Assembly: GCA_049968235.1 (NCBI GenBank)
Contig: JBMFRC010000009.1
Span: forward strand, 68,913 to 132,912
From: Candidatus Hydrogenedens sp.
Lineage (GTDB): Bacteria; Hydrogenedentota; Hydrogenedentia; Hydrogenedentales; Hydrogenedentaceae
Length of the DNA stretch: 64,000 nucleotides
Direction: 5' to 3'
How positions within the stretch are numbered: position 1 is the first letter of the stretch; each line of letters starts with the position of its first letter. The notes below the pieces were generated by a model. The model was not told where the DNA came from and did not search any database. It was given only the letters and a program-made list of their open reading frames with translations. Shown here piece by piece: positions 46,875 through 57,195 of the stretch. The position numbers and the translations under genes are program-made.

Positions 46875-47975
46875 ATGAAAATATGTGTTTTAGGTGGATG
46901 TGGGGATATGGCAAAAGTCGCCCTCGAATTACTTGCAAAAGAAACAGATGCTACTTCCGTTACCATTGCTGACATCAACATAGAAAAAGCGAAGCAAATT
47001 GCGGAGAATCTCGGAAGCAAGTTCTCCGCAAAATTTGTTAATGCAAAAGACAAATCCTCTATTATAGATGCAGTGAAAGAACATGATGCCACATTGGGAT
47101 TTATTGGTCCTTTTTACCTATTTGAAAAAGATATTATTCAAGCATGTCTCGATGCTAAAGTTCCCTATGTTAGTATTTGCGACGATTATGATGCGTATCT
47201 TTCTGCAATAACCCTGGATAACATTGCAAAAGAGAAAGGCATTACAGTTATTGCCGGATTAGGAAATTCCCCGGGAATAACCAATCTTTTAGCGAAAAAA
47301 GGCTATCTTTCTATGGACAAACCTGAACGCATTGAAATCAACTGGGCGGGCGGTTCTGATGAAGATATTGGACCAGCAAATGTAAAGCATGTATTGCATA
47401 TCTTCAGTGGATATACACTACAATGGCGAGATGGAAAAGAAGTAAGAATTAAAACGGGCACAGAACGGAAAGTAGTGGACTTCCCTGAACCTATGGGAAA
47501 ATTACCGGTCTATATCACGGGACATGCAGAGTCTGTTTCTGTTCCACGCAATTTACCCGGCTTAAAATATGTTTCACTTCACGGAGGAATTCACCCACCT
47601 TATATTGCCCGATTAGCCACATTTTTAGGTAAACTCGGATTAACAAATACTCCTCAAAAACGAGAAAAACTCACAAAAATTTTACTGCCTCTTGTTAATA
47701 TGGGTATTTTCTCTAAAGGCGGTATTGACCAGTCTGTATTTCGCATCGATGTTTACGGTGAAAAAGAGGGAAAAACTGCACACCATTATTATTCAGGAGT
47801 AGGGCATATCGCTGATATAACAAGCATCCCTGCCGTTGAAGGAGCCCTTATGATAGCCAGAGGAGAACTAAATAAACCCGGCGTTCATTCCGCTGAATCA
47901 GCTATTGATGATGTAGATGATTTCTTAAATCGTCTTCAGAATCGTGGCGTAAAACTCTTCTATCACGAAGAATAA
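46875..47975 (+). CDS. Saccharopine dehydrogenase-family NAD(P)-binding oxidoreductase.
   Basis: MKICVLGGCGDMAKVALELL Rossmann N-terminus. AAGGAGG ribosome-binding site upstream. Confidence 0.75.
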   Translation: MKICVLGGCGDMAKVALELLAKETDATSVTIADINIEKAKQIAENLGSKFSAKFVNAKDKSSIIDAVKEHDATLGFIGPFYLFEKDIIQACLDAKVPYVSICDDYDAYLSAITLDNIAKEKGITVIAGLGNSPGITNLLAKKGYLSMDKPERIEINWAGGSDEDIGPANVKHVLHIFSGYTLQWRDGKEVRIKTGTERKVVDFPEPMGKLPVYITGHAESVSVPRNLPGLKYVSLHGGIHPPYIARLATFLGKLGLTNTPQKREKLTKILLPLVNMGIFSKGGIDQSVFRIDVYGEKEGKTAHHYYSGVGHIADITSIPAVEGALMIARGELNKPGVHSAESAIDDVDDFLNRLQNRGVKLFYHEE

Positions 47976-48052
47976 CATTAAAATTTATCTATTCAATGGG
48001 TCAAACATATCCAACCTGTCCAACCCATCGAATGTGCTTTATCCGATATTCT

Positions 48053-48736
48053 CTACCTTTCCAATTTTTTATGGGAGAACCACCAATCGAAACATTCATA
48101 ACCACCTTCTTTTGCTTTAGATAAACGTTCTTTGGCACTATGGGTATCCGTTGGTGGTGGTATAATCACGCGGTCCTTAATCAATTCATTGTTAGGCCAA
48201 TTTTCAGGCATGGCAACCTTATACTTGTCCGCAATTTGTAACGCCTCTACAATTCGGACAACTTCGTCAATATTTCTACCTACCTCTTGCGGATAATAAA
48301 TAATCAACCGTATCCTGGCTTTGTCATCCACAACAAATACTGCACGAACTGTATTCGTACCTTTTCCCGGATGGACCAATCCAAGAGTATTAGCAATGGC
48401 TCCATTATCTGCAATAATAGGAAATTGAATATCAATTCCTAACTTCTCCCGTATCCATTCTTCCCACTTTATATGTGAGAACACCTGGTCCATACTTAGA
48501 CCTATCAATTCGCAATTTAACGTCTTAAACTTATCATACCGTTTTTGAAATGCAACAAACTCTGTGGTGCATACAGGCGTAAAATCCGCTGGGTGGCTGA
48601 ACAGAACAAACCACTTTCCTGCAAATGCCTTTGGCAATTCCATTTTCCCATGTGTTGTCATTACATTCATCGCAGGGAACTCATCTCCTAATAATGGAAT
48701 CCCTTGTTTTGTCCCTTCAGAACTATTCATAGACAC
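48053..48736 (-). CDS. 1-Cys peroxiredoxin (Prx6-like).
   Basis: FTPVCTTEF peroxidatic-Cys motif. 227 aa. Confidence 0.85.
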   Translation of the reverse strand: MSMNSSEGTKQGIPLLGDEFPAMNVMTTHGKMELPKAFAGKWFVLFSHPADFTPVCTTEFVAFQKRYDKFKTLNCELIGLSMDQVFSHIKWEEWIREKLGIDIQFPIIADNGAIANTLGLVHPGKGTNTVRAVFVVDDKARIRLIIYYPQEVGRNIDEVVRIVEALQIADKYKVAMPENWPNNELIKDRVIIPPPTDTHSAKERLSKAKEGGYECFDWWFSHKKLER

Positions 48737-48786
48737 TCTCCTTTCCTGAAAATAAAGTTAAATGTTACATAACACAATGAAAAATT

Positions 48787-49555
48787 ATATGAGACCTCTG
48801 AATAAGTCATTCGAGTTAGCTAGTATGTATAAAGATATTATATACGAGAGGGGGTGAAAAAAAAATGAAACGAGATAAGAGAGAAAAGTGCTATAAATAT
48901 AGCAGAAGTATTTTGGGTTAAATAACAAAGCAAGGGAAAAATAAAAATGAAGGAAAATCAACGTAGTATGGTAAAAAAGATAGAGCAAACAAGTTTTATA
49001 GATTACGAGATGTTCCATCAGAAACCGCCTCGTCGTAGATGTTCTTTGAGGCAGATGCAAGAAGTAATACTATGGAAGGAACTTGGGTAGAGGGCGTATA
49101 GGGAGGAGTATATAAGGTGAACAGGGGAGAACGAAGACTTACGTCCTTACTATTTTATGCATTATTGAGCAGTGCGTGATAATGTCTATGTGCTTTTGTG
49201 GCTATTACATCCAAATCTTTACCTTTTCTTTTCTCAGTATTTTCTTTGGTTGATTATATTTTTTCCCCACTACCAAAGAACACGGAGGTGCATGGAGGAT
49301 ACGGTGGGGTACAGTGAGACATAGGGAGAGGAGTATATCATTTCTTCTGAATGACTAAATATATTTGAAATGGATGTATGATTAGAGGTATGCATAGATA
49401 CAAAAAGATAGAAAACGGACAGAAAAAACAAAATAAATTGATAAAAGTAGAAATACAGACTTTTGTATTTTAATTTCTCATCGGGATTTTATCTCGTAAA
49501 AATATATATAATTTATACCATTACCTCTTACACCACTTTTTCAGAGGTCTCATAT
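48787..49555. mobile_element. 769-bp non-coding element bounded by a perfect 16-bp inverted repeat (ATATGAGACCTCTGAA). MITE-like, or a candidate invertible segment.
   Basis: Left end 48787-48802 is the reverse complement of right end 49540-49555. No credible ORF inside. Internal imperfect repeats (AGGGAG(G/AG)GAGTATAT twice). The right repeat overlaps the last codons of the methyltransferase gene. Confidence 0.45.
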
Positions 49556-50503
49556 CTTTTTTTGGTCCCTCAATGTATTCCGTTCCCAGAATACTCCATC
49601 CACATAGCCTTGAATTGTTCTATCAGAGTTGGCTAATTCTAATCGTTTTTCTGCTAAACAGCAATAAGTTTCGTCGATTTCTACCCCGCAATATTGCCTT
49701 CCTAATTTTTTAGCCACAACACATGTAGTCCCTACACCCGAAAACGGGTCAAATATAAAATCACCTTCTTTTGAACTGGCAAGGATAATTTTCGCTACGA
49801 GTTTCTCCGGTTTTTGTGTTGGATGGTCTGTATTCTCAGGCATAGACCAGAACGGCACAGTTATATCTGTCCATAAATTAGAAGGATATGTAAGCCGATA
49901 ATTGCCATCGGTTTCTACTTTCCAATCTTTAGGGTTACCTGTTTCATCACGATAAGGTGCAATTACTTTCCGTTTCAGCATTACCGCTTTGCTATTAAAA
50001 TAAAATTTATTTGAGACCGTTCCAAACCATATATCTTCCGAACAATTTTTCCAGTTATTCTTCGCACCTCTACCTTTTTCCCGTTCCCATGTAATTCGAT
50101 TTCGCACCTTAAAATATTTTGACATAACTCGATAAATAGCGGAGGAAGATTTCCAATCTCCACAGATATAAATAGAACCTGTCTGCTTTAATATCTTTCT
50201 CAACGGTTTTAACCAGGAATCCATCCATATTTCATACTCTTCCGAAGACATTTCACGAAATTTATTCGAATTAAAGTCTTTATGCAAATTATAAGGGGGG
50301 TCTATAAATAACAAATCAACAAATGATTCAGGTAAAAAGTCAATAACTTCAAACAAATCTTGATGAAGAATTTTGTTGGTTATCTTCTCAACCGATACAG
50401 GATGGTTAATTCGTAAAATCTGTTTCGTATAAATCGATACTTCTTGTTTTGAGAGGGTTGTTGTCCTATTCCGTCCTGCTTTAAGATGTTTATCTACTGA
50501 CAT
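49550..50503 (-). CDS. Beta-class DNA (N6-adenine or N4-cytosine) methyltransferase, apparently orphan.
   Basis: Motif IV DPPY (LLFIDPPYNL) comes before motif I (IFDPFSGVGTT). No restriction endonuclease gene is adjacent. Confidence 0.8.
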   Translation of the reverse strand: MSVDKHLKAGRNRTTTLSKQEVSIYTKQILRINHPVSVEKITNKILHQDLFEVIDFLPESFVDLLFIDPPYNLHKDFNSNKFREMSSEEYEIWMDSWLKPLRKILKQTGSIYICGDWKSSSAIYRVMSKYFKVRNRITWEREKGRGAKNNWKNCSEDIWFGTVSNKFYFNSKAVMLKRKVIAPYRDETGNPKDWKVETDGNYRLTYPSNLWTDITVPFWSMPENTDHPTQKPEKLVAKIILASSKEGDFIFDPFSGVGTTCVVAKKLGRQYCGVEIDETYCCLAEKRLELANSDRTIQGYVDGVFWERNTLRDQKKI

Positions 50504-50556
50504 ACCTACTTTTTTGTAGTCGTATTATATACGAGCAAATCCTTTTTAATAAATAA

Positions 50557-50915
50557 TGGTGGAGGCGGCGGGAATCGAACCCGCGTCCGAAGATGTTTCA
50601 GTGCGGACCTACTACATGCTTAGCCCATCCTTTATAGATTCGCCATTGCGGAGCGCCTCAGGGCGGGCTCACCACAACCGCTATGCGGGATAGTTACTGC
50701 CTTTCAGGCACCGCAAATCCCAAAAGGACAGACCTGCTGGTTGACGCCCCAGTCCGTTAGCAGGCAATCACGGGTGGGACGCGCTGCGCGTATTAGGCAG
50801 CGAGGGCCAATTCTTGATTGGCAGTTGTTTGCGACCGGCTTTTAACGAGGCCAACCGGTCAACCTCGGCATGCATTCCACACCTCAACCATCCCCGTCGA
50901 AACCTTTTCGCCCCC
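50557..50915 (-). ncRNA. ssrA: tmRNA (SsrA).
   Basis: On the - strand the 5' end is GGGGGCGAAAAGGTTTCGACGGGG. The 3' tRNA-like end is GGACGCGGGTTCGATTCCCGCCGCCTCCACCA. The internal tag reading frame ends ...GCC AAT CAA GAA TTG GCC CTC GCT GCC TAA (ANQELALAA-stop). Confidence 0.9.
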
Positions 50916-51079
50916 AGCAACATCCTATTATTCAATTGTTGTATTATATTATACGATATTTGATATCTAAAAATTTACAATAAAGATAAATTTTTTCAAT
51001 AATATATTATTCTATTACTTATGTTGTCCCTATCTTTCTGGCTAAGATAAAATTAGACATGTCGAGAGGAAGTGAAGTA

Positions 51080-52719
51080 ATGAAAAATTTCTTCTCAAAA
51101 AAATCCTGCAAATCAATCTACTACCCTTTTGGATTCATTTTTTCTATCGTGCTAATTAATACGATTGCAAATAGTGAAGGAAATCAACCAACATCTTTAT
51201 CTACAACAATAGACCCCATTACTCGTTATATTCACATTTCATATACAGTCCCTGCAGGTACACCCGGAGAAAAACAATCTTATGCTCATGATCTCCTATG
51301 GACAGACAACACATAGTCCTGAAACAAACCCATTACTACACAGGTTATACCGAAAGTAGAATTGATTATATTAAGTTAGTCCCCTTATCCACAGAACAGG
51401 TACAAATGTTAGAAAGCCAATTTGGAACACCCGACAAAATCGTTGCAGGCTATTTTGAACCTTACTCATGGGCATTCTTCGAGGATATACAGGAAAGCCT
51501 GCAACATCGAGAACCTATTTCCACATATAAGGAAGCACGAGTTAATATCGTAGACATCCAGGTGGGTCGCTTCGGCATGAAAGTCGTTTATGAATCACGC
51601 TTAACCGACCAATTTCTTTACAACACTATCGGCGACCCTATCGGCGGTGTTATCCCCCATACAAGTAATGTCGGAAAAATGCAACAAATGACCAACACAT
51701 TACAAACCGAACTCCAATATGCCCACGAATTAGGCTTAACCGCACACGCCAACTTCGGAGCGACCTACTGCTATCCCGACACACCATTACAAAGTGATTT
51801 TTCAAAACAACACCCCGATTGGATGACGGACGGATTATTGAGATATGACATACCCGAAGTTCGTCAATATATCTTATCCTTACTAAAAGAGACGCTTGAA
51901 ATTGGTGCAGATGGCATCTCCATAGATTTTTGTAGGTATCCCGGTGGTATTGACAAACCTGAAACTTGCAATCAATTCCTGCGAGAACTCAAAGCACTAC
52001 GCGAAGAATTTGCAAAAAAACGTGATAAATCCATACCCTTATTACTCCGTTTCCCGGCGGAAGGTGTAAGTCTCTGGAAAAATTTCGACTACAACACATG
52101 GATTCATGAAGGATTAGTTGATTACCTCTGCCCAAGCAACATCTAGGGCAGACATATGCACTTCGACATCACCCCATACAGCAACGCCGTTCGTGGCTCA
52201 ACATGCAAACTACTCCCCGTCATTGATGGATTAAGTTGGGGACTCGAAATACCCGCCCTATTCCTATGGCGTATCCATCAACTCTACCAGGCAGGCACCG
52301 ACGGCATTTATGTATACCAATCCGACGCACGCATCTGCACCAATAAACGACCAGAAGACAGACGCTGTATACGACTCATTTCCAGTAGCGAAGCAGTTCA
52401 TAACTGGTGGCAACGATACAACAAACAAAATCAACAATTTAGCAAACGCATCTGGATACAACCCTCCGAAGACGGAGACCTCGAATACCATAACTGGGAA
52501 CGCTGTCGAATCTGGGTAGAAGGAATTACCCCTAACGAGGTCCAAATCCTCCTCGATGGACAACTCACCAATACTTATACTCAACCTCCCTAAATACTTG
52601 GCGGAGAAGATTACACCTACGATAACCTTATCACCCCCGGCACACACACCCTCACCATCCACGCCAAAACACAAGACACCACTCTATCCCAAACTTTCAC
52701 CATCTCCGGCACAAAATAA
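51080..52719 (+). pseudogene. Disrupted GHL10/DUF4015-like glycoside-hydrolase-like gene (frameshift plus two in-frame stops).
   Basis: Signal-peptide ORF in frame 2 (MKNFFSKK...) runs into the frame-1 ORF near 51290-51300. Frame 1 then continues through TAG 52144-52146 and TAA 52591-52593 to TAA 52717. The motif GADGISIDFCRYPGG resembles GHL10 DGIHLDYIRYP. The C-terminus has an Ig-like beta segment (YTYDNLITPGTHTLTIHAKTQDTTLSQTFTISG). Confidence 0.55.
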
Positions 52720-52792
52720 TAAGAACATTTATATTTCCGAACATCTTTCTCCCTTTTAAGAGATGAAACATTTTTTGTTCCTAAATTTTGTT

Positions 52793-53056
52793 TTATAAGG
52801 ATAGAATTACACTATTAGAATCTACCCCATATTTATTGAAATATTGGTTTATATCCTTATAATGTTTTATTCGGTGAGGGTCCAAATAATACAATTCCCA
52901 ATGGCTAAGACTATTTATTATATAGTCCATGATTCTTTCATATTCTCTTTCATTCCGAATCACGTGTTCGTAATAATTCCTTTGCCATGACTTCCTGTTT
53001 TCGTTTTCCAATCCAAAATTCTTATCCCCACATATATAGCCATTTGTTGTCATCAT
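52793..53056 (-). mobile_element. C-terminal fragment of an IS200/IS605-family Y1 (REP-associated, RAYT-like) transposase. Probably a remnant.
   Basis: WQRNYYEHVIRNEREYERIMDYIINSL parallels the RAYT/TnpA(IS200) C-terminus (FWEHAIRN..DY...DYI..NP). The HUH-containing N-terminal half is missing. Confidence 0.5.
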
Positions 53057-53155
53057 CTTAAATCACTGTAATACTTTTGACAGTAATACCTACGATGATA
53101 CTTGTATTGGCAAATCCATGTGTTCACTTTAAATATTAATAACATCTACAGAATT

Positions 53156-54475
53156 TCAAAACTCGAATTTCAGTACCCAGGCGTGTTGGCATGGGATTTG
53201 GGCAGGGGAGACGCAAGGTGTAGTTATAACTATTTGCCCGTATTGGTCTTCCGCATTTACCGGAATGTCTGTGCCGAGTAAGGTTACTTTGGGCACGGTC
53301 TGGAACTCAGCTGGTTTGGGGATGGTCCATGTCTCGGGGGGCCATTTCAACGCTATGGCATATATTGCATTCCCTTTGCGTGTGAAACGGAAATTCTCCA
53401 TCTTCGGTGCATCTTTCCATACATCCGTTCCGTAGATAGCATCACCGTTAACTTCTAACCATTTGCCCATCTCCAACAACCGTTCCTGCATTATCTCCGG
53501 TATGCGTCCATCTGCGGATGGACCTATGTCCAATAGTAGGTTACCACCCCGTGAGACATTATCTATGAGCAGGTGAAGCAATTCCGCGGTGCTACGGTAA
53601 TTTTCCGCCGTCTCATTTCGGTTATAACCAAATGACCGACCCATACCCTGGCACTCTTCAAACAGTCCCTTTTCCATCAACGGACCCTCGGGGATATGTC
53701 CATACTCAGGTGTTGCAAAACCTCCATGTATATTACGACAATCTTTGCCCCAGCGGTCATTTACAACGATATCCTTTGGTGCGGGCGATTCATTAAACAG
53801 CCAAGCTAAAAACTCCGTGCTCCGCCAGACAGAACTCGGATGGTCCCACTCCCCATCAGACCAGAACACATCCGGTTGATAGCGAATAATTAAGTCTTTC
53901 ATCTGCGGTAACATATGTTCCTCTACATAGCGATGTACATCCTGTTTATACAGCGGGTTGAACCATTCATATAATGAGTAGTAAAACCCGGCTTTAAGTC
54001 CAGCATTCTTTACTGCACTGATAAGGTCGCCTGCGAGGTCTCGATGCGGTCCGATGTCCATTGCGTTCCAATTCCAACTTTGCATACTGGGCCACATACA
54101 AAAGCCATCGTGATGTTTGGATGTCAAAACGACATATTTCGCACCCGACCTTTTAAATATATCTGCCCATTGGTTCGGGTCATATAATTCTGCTTTGAAC
54201 ATTGGTGCAAAGTCCTGATATTGGAATTTTTCACCATATTTCTCAACATGGAATTTCCATGTGGCACCCTCTTTATTTTGCATGTGATTCCAATACCATT
54301 CCGAATAAGTTTCCTTGGGTGCCCATGACGGGACGGAATATACCCCCCAGTGAATAAAAATACCAAATTTGGCATCTTCAAACCATTGCGGATTAGGTCG
54401 CTGGTCCAATGATTCCCATGTGGGCTCATAAGCAGTGGCAATAGCGGTCGCAATAACAAAGGATGTTAATAACAT
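53156..54475 (-). CDS. Alpha-L-fucosidase (GH29), secreted.
   Basis: FGIFIHWGVYSVPSW and HHDGFCMWPS are GH29 motifs. N-terminal signal-like segment. Confidence 0.85.
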   Translation of the reverse strand: MLLTSFVIATAIATAYEPTWESLDQRPNPQWFEDAKFGIFIHWGVYSVPSWAPKETYSEWYWNHMQNKEGATWKFHVEKYGEKFQYQDFAPMFKAELYDPNQWADIFKRSGAKYVVLTSKHHDGFCMWPSMQSWNWNAMDIGPHRDLAGDLISAVKNAGLKAGFYYSLYEWFNPLYKQDVHRYVEEHMLPQMKDLIIRYQPDVFWSDGEWDHPSSVWRSTEFLAWLFNESPAPKDIVVNDRWGKDCRNIHGGFATPEYGHIPEGPLMEKGLFEECQGMGRSFGYNRNETAENYRSTAELLHLLIDNVSRGGNLLLDIGPSADGRIPEIMQERLLEMGKWLEVNGDAIYGTDVWKDAPKMENFRFTRKGNAIYAIALKWPPETWTIPKPAEFQTVPKVTLLGTDIPVNAEDQYGQIVITTPCVSPAQIPCQHAWVLKFEF

Positions 54476-54500
54476 AAGATATGCTCCTATCGTTTAAAAT

Positions 54501-56867
54501 TTATTTTACTTTTAATTCTGTTATAACAATGCTATATGGTGGAATTTCCATTTCAGGGAAGGCTTTCTTATTGATTTTTTCTTCCTTCAGCCAGACGCCA
54601 GGTTCAGTATCAGGCAGGTTAATGGACATTGGGTCTTTGCCCGTGAGTATCCATGCGGTTTTCGGTGGTGTCACCTCCTTGCCTGCTACACCTACATGGA
54701 TATTAATTGCCCTATCCATGGGGTTTACCACAGAGAGAGTTAATATCCCCTCTTGCCCATCTTTCCAGGCAGAGAAAACATCAATTGGTACCATAGATAC
54801 CCCTGCCTGATTGCTATCGGATAGCGGTTTTACCTCGACAGCTACAGGCACAGAACCGAAATGCTGACGGTACAGCATCAGGGTAAGCCCTGTCGTATCA
54901 AAGAAAGCAGTTGTTTTGGTAGTTTTAATGGCAGATATTACATTTACAGTCTGGGCATAATTTGCCATCGTTATTACATCACTATTGCGGAAAAATTCAT
55001 GCAGACCAATAGCCACGCCTAAGGCATCTTTCAGGTGGTAAACACAACCTAACTCACCATAGACATGGTCGCCATACCAATAGTTCCATTCGTCCATTGC
55101 AATGGGCACAAATTTCTCCTTTAAAGCAGGTATCGTTTCCAAATAACCTTTATGATTTTTAACTTTGGCTTTTATTCTCTCGGCTAACTGGTAAACATGT
55201 TCAAGCACATCCTTTTTTTCTCCACAATAAAAGTGTTCACTTATAAAATCCATATTATTTGCACAATTTTCCAGCATTTTCTGGCTCCAGATACCCATAT
55301 TTTCGCCTACACCCACTAACTTAATATTCGGGTCAACTGCTTTCATTGCTTGCGCAAATTCATTATGCCTCTTAACATAGTCATCCACAGGGATATGTCC
55401 CAATTGCCACTCGCCATACATTTCATTGCCAACGCCCCAGTAGGTAATTTTGTATGGTTCGGGGTTGCCATTATCGGCACGCCATTTGCCCATAGGAGTA
55501 TCAACTGAGCCATTAGCATATTCGACCATATCACGTGCTAACTGCACATCGCCCAGACCTGTATTAACCACCGCCAACGGTTCTGTTCCTATTTCTCTAC
55601 AGAATTGGATAAATTCGTCTATACCAAAATCATTGGTATCAATACCTCCCCAGGCTGGGTTCTTGCGTGTTGGACGTTTATCCGGGTCTCCAATGCCGTC
55701 TTTCCAGTTATAACCACTGACGAAATTGCCACCAGGCCAGCGATAAATGGGCGAATTAAGTTGTCTAAGCAAGGTTAATGTATCCGCTCTCATCCCTTTG
55801 ATATTATCTCCAGGCATAAGTGAGACCGCACCAATGAATAGGTTACCCTGCCCTGTAGCAAGAATAGCAAATTGAGCAGGTTTGCCATCTTTATCCACTT
55901 TCAATCGGAATGTATATTTCTGATAATCCTGTGAAATATTTTGGATAATAGCGGGTTCGCCCAATAAAGTGTCGCCAGAACGAAGGACAATTTTAACTAT
56001 AACATCCGTATGCGTCGATTTTAGCACAATCCTACCCACATATTCCTTACCTGCAACCACTTCTAATCCATCCTGCACCAGCCCCCGTTCATGCCTCTGA
56101 TTTAGCAGTATAACAGGCGAATACCAACTCGTATATGGATGAATCTGATCAATAAAGAGCATCATGTCCGATGGGAACAATTTCCATGGGGAATCGTTGG
56201 TGTTGATGAGGTAGAAGAACTTGCGGTCTTCCAGCGTTTCTGCCCAGATACCACCATAAATACAGCGACCTAAATGTTCGATAAATTGACCGTAGATAAA
56301 TGGATGTATCGGAGTGCCTTTCTTTGAGGGGTCGATAGAAATGTTCATATCACCTATCACCATATCTGATATTTTTTCTAATTTTATATCATCAAATATG
56401 GCGGAACCTTTCGCCAAACCCCAACCCCCAAAAAGGCAATTCACCATAATTCGTGTTTGTGAACCGACAAAAAAGGTAGATTCAACATATTTCCAATCAT
56501 TCGTTCCGGATAATGCTTCTGTGCGAGCACCATCAATTCCATGAACATTGAGTAATGCACCCACACCATTTTCTAATTGAATGTTATCTGTTTTAATCCA
56601 GCCGGAGAGTTTGTATTGGGCAAATGGGTCAACATCAATTTCATTGAACCAGGATAAATCACCACCTTCGGTGGAAGAAATCTGGACTGCATTGCCACTT
56701 TTCCCCGGTACGGGATATTGGAATTCACCTTTACCCTGCCAGACCCTTGTCTGCCAGTTATCAGGGGCAGTTGAGCCCTGTTCGAAGGCTTCTTCAAACA
56801 TGATTTGAGCAAAAACAAAAGGGGTTAAAAGGATAAACATTACGAATATGACTGAGTTTGGTTTCAT
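54501..56867 (-). CDS. Secreted GH51 alpha-L-arabinofuranosidase with an N-terminal carbohydrate-binding (galactose-binding-like) module.
   Basis: Signal peptide. YWGVGNEMYGEWQLGH carries the GH51 acid/base Glu. IAMDEWNYW carries the GH51 nucleophile Glu. An N-terminal beta-sandwich region of about 170 aa. Confidence 0.8.
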   Translation of the reverse strand: MKPNSVIFVMFILLTPFVFAQIMFEEAFEQGSTAPDNWQTRVWQGKGEFQYPVPGKSGNAVQISSTEGGDLSWFNEIDVDPFAQYKLSGWIKTDNIQLENGVGALLNVHGIDGARTEALSGTNDWKYVESTFFVGSQTRIMVNCLFGGWGLAKGSAIFDDIKLEKISDMVIGDMNISIDPSKKGTPIHPFIYGQFIEHLGRCIYGGIWAETLEDRKFFYLINTNDSPWKLFPSDMMLFIDQIHPYTSWYSPVILLNQRHERGLVQDGLEVVAGKEYVGRIVLKSTHTDVIVKIVLRSGDTLLGEPAIIQNISQDYQKYTFRLKVDKDGKPAQFAILATGQGNLFIGAVSLMPGDNIKGMRADTLTLLRQLNSPIYRWPGGNFVSGYNWKDGIGDPDKRPTRKNPAWGGIDTNDFGIDEFIQFCREIGTEPLAVVNTGLGDVQLARDMVEYANGSVDTPMGKWRADNGNPEPYKITYWGVGNEMYGEWQLGHIPVDDYVKRHNEFAQAMKAVDPNIKLVGVGENMGIWSQKMLENCANNMDFISEHFYCGEKKDVLEHVYQLAERIKAKVKNHKGYLETIPALKEKFVPIAMDEWNYWYGDHVYGELGCVYHLKDALGVAIGLHEFFRNSDVITMANYAQTVNVISAIKTTKTTAFFDTTGLTLMLYRQHFGSVPVAVEVKPLSDSNQAGVSMVPIDVFSAWKDGQEGILTLSVVNPMDRAINIHVGVAGKEVTPPKTAWILTGKDPMSINLPDTEPGVWLKEEKINKKAFPEMEIPPYSIVITELKVK

Positions 56868-56946
56868 ATTTGTTTCTCCATGTTTGGATTTAATAATTGT
56901 TATGGCAAAAAAGGAAAGATAAATGCAAATAAAGTTGGGGGAGAAT

Positions 56947-56974
56947 CGGACGGGTCGGACGGGTCAGACGGGGT
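56947..56974. repeat. 9-bp tandem repeat array A, (CGGACGGGT)x3 in GTCRGACRR register, just 5' of tRNA-Pro.
   Basis: The same family is seen in arrays at 57113-57168, 57544-57598 and 57786-57822. Confidence 0.7.
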
Positions 56975-57024
56975 GATGGTGAAATTGCTATTTTTGAGGT
57001 AGAATAGATATAATAGTGTTGTTT

Positions 57025-57102
57025 CGGGGCGTAGCGCAGTCCGGCTAGCGCACTTGGTTTGGGTCCAAGGGGTCGCCGGTTCAAATCCGGCCGCCCCGAC
57101 CA
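57025..57102 (+). tRNA. tRNA-Pro (TGG).
   Basis: Acceptor CGGGGCG/CGCCCCG, anticodon stem-loop CTTGG-TTTGGGT-CCAAG, T-arm GCCGG-TTCAAAT-CCGGC, discriminator A, CCA encoded. Confidence 0.85.
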
Positions 57103-57112
57103 TGAAGTTAAA

Positions 57113-57168
57113 GGGTCAGACAAGTCAGACGGGTCGGACAGGTCAGACAAGTCGGACAAGTCGGACGA
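57113..57168. repeat. 9-bp tandem repeat array B, (GTCRGACRR)x6, immediately 3' of tRNA-Pro.
   Basis: Reads GTCAGACAA GTCAGACGG GTCGGACAG GTCAGACAA GTCGGACAA GTCGGACGA. Confidence 0.75.
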
Positions 57169-57195
57169 AAAAACACAAAATAGAAAGGAAGGGTT

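Noticed and set aside
48785-49060. 91-aa - strand ORF inside the inverted-repeat-flanked element.
   Set aside because: Its highly hydrophobic, repetitive F/L/Y/S composition is typical of an AT-rich non-coding read-through, and it has no ribosome-binding site. The element is treated as non-coding.
52264-52759. The - strand 136-aa ORF and the + strand 67-aa ORF over the 3' part of the GHL10 pseudogene.
   Set aside because: They are alternative frames within a region whose frame-1 translation carries the recognisable GHL10/Ig-like sequence. They are proline/threonine-rich low-complexity read-outs.
54481-54810. 109-aa + strand ORF, and the - strand ORF 54124-54459.
   Set aside because: They are antisense to, or nested within, the well-supported GH51 and GH29 genes.
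56890-57159. Two - strand ORFs (89 and 67 aa) encoding SDLSD/SDPSD repeats.
   Set aside because: They are generated by the 9-bp repeat arrays and overlap tRNA-Pro. They are artefacts of the repeat, not genes.
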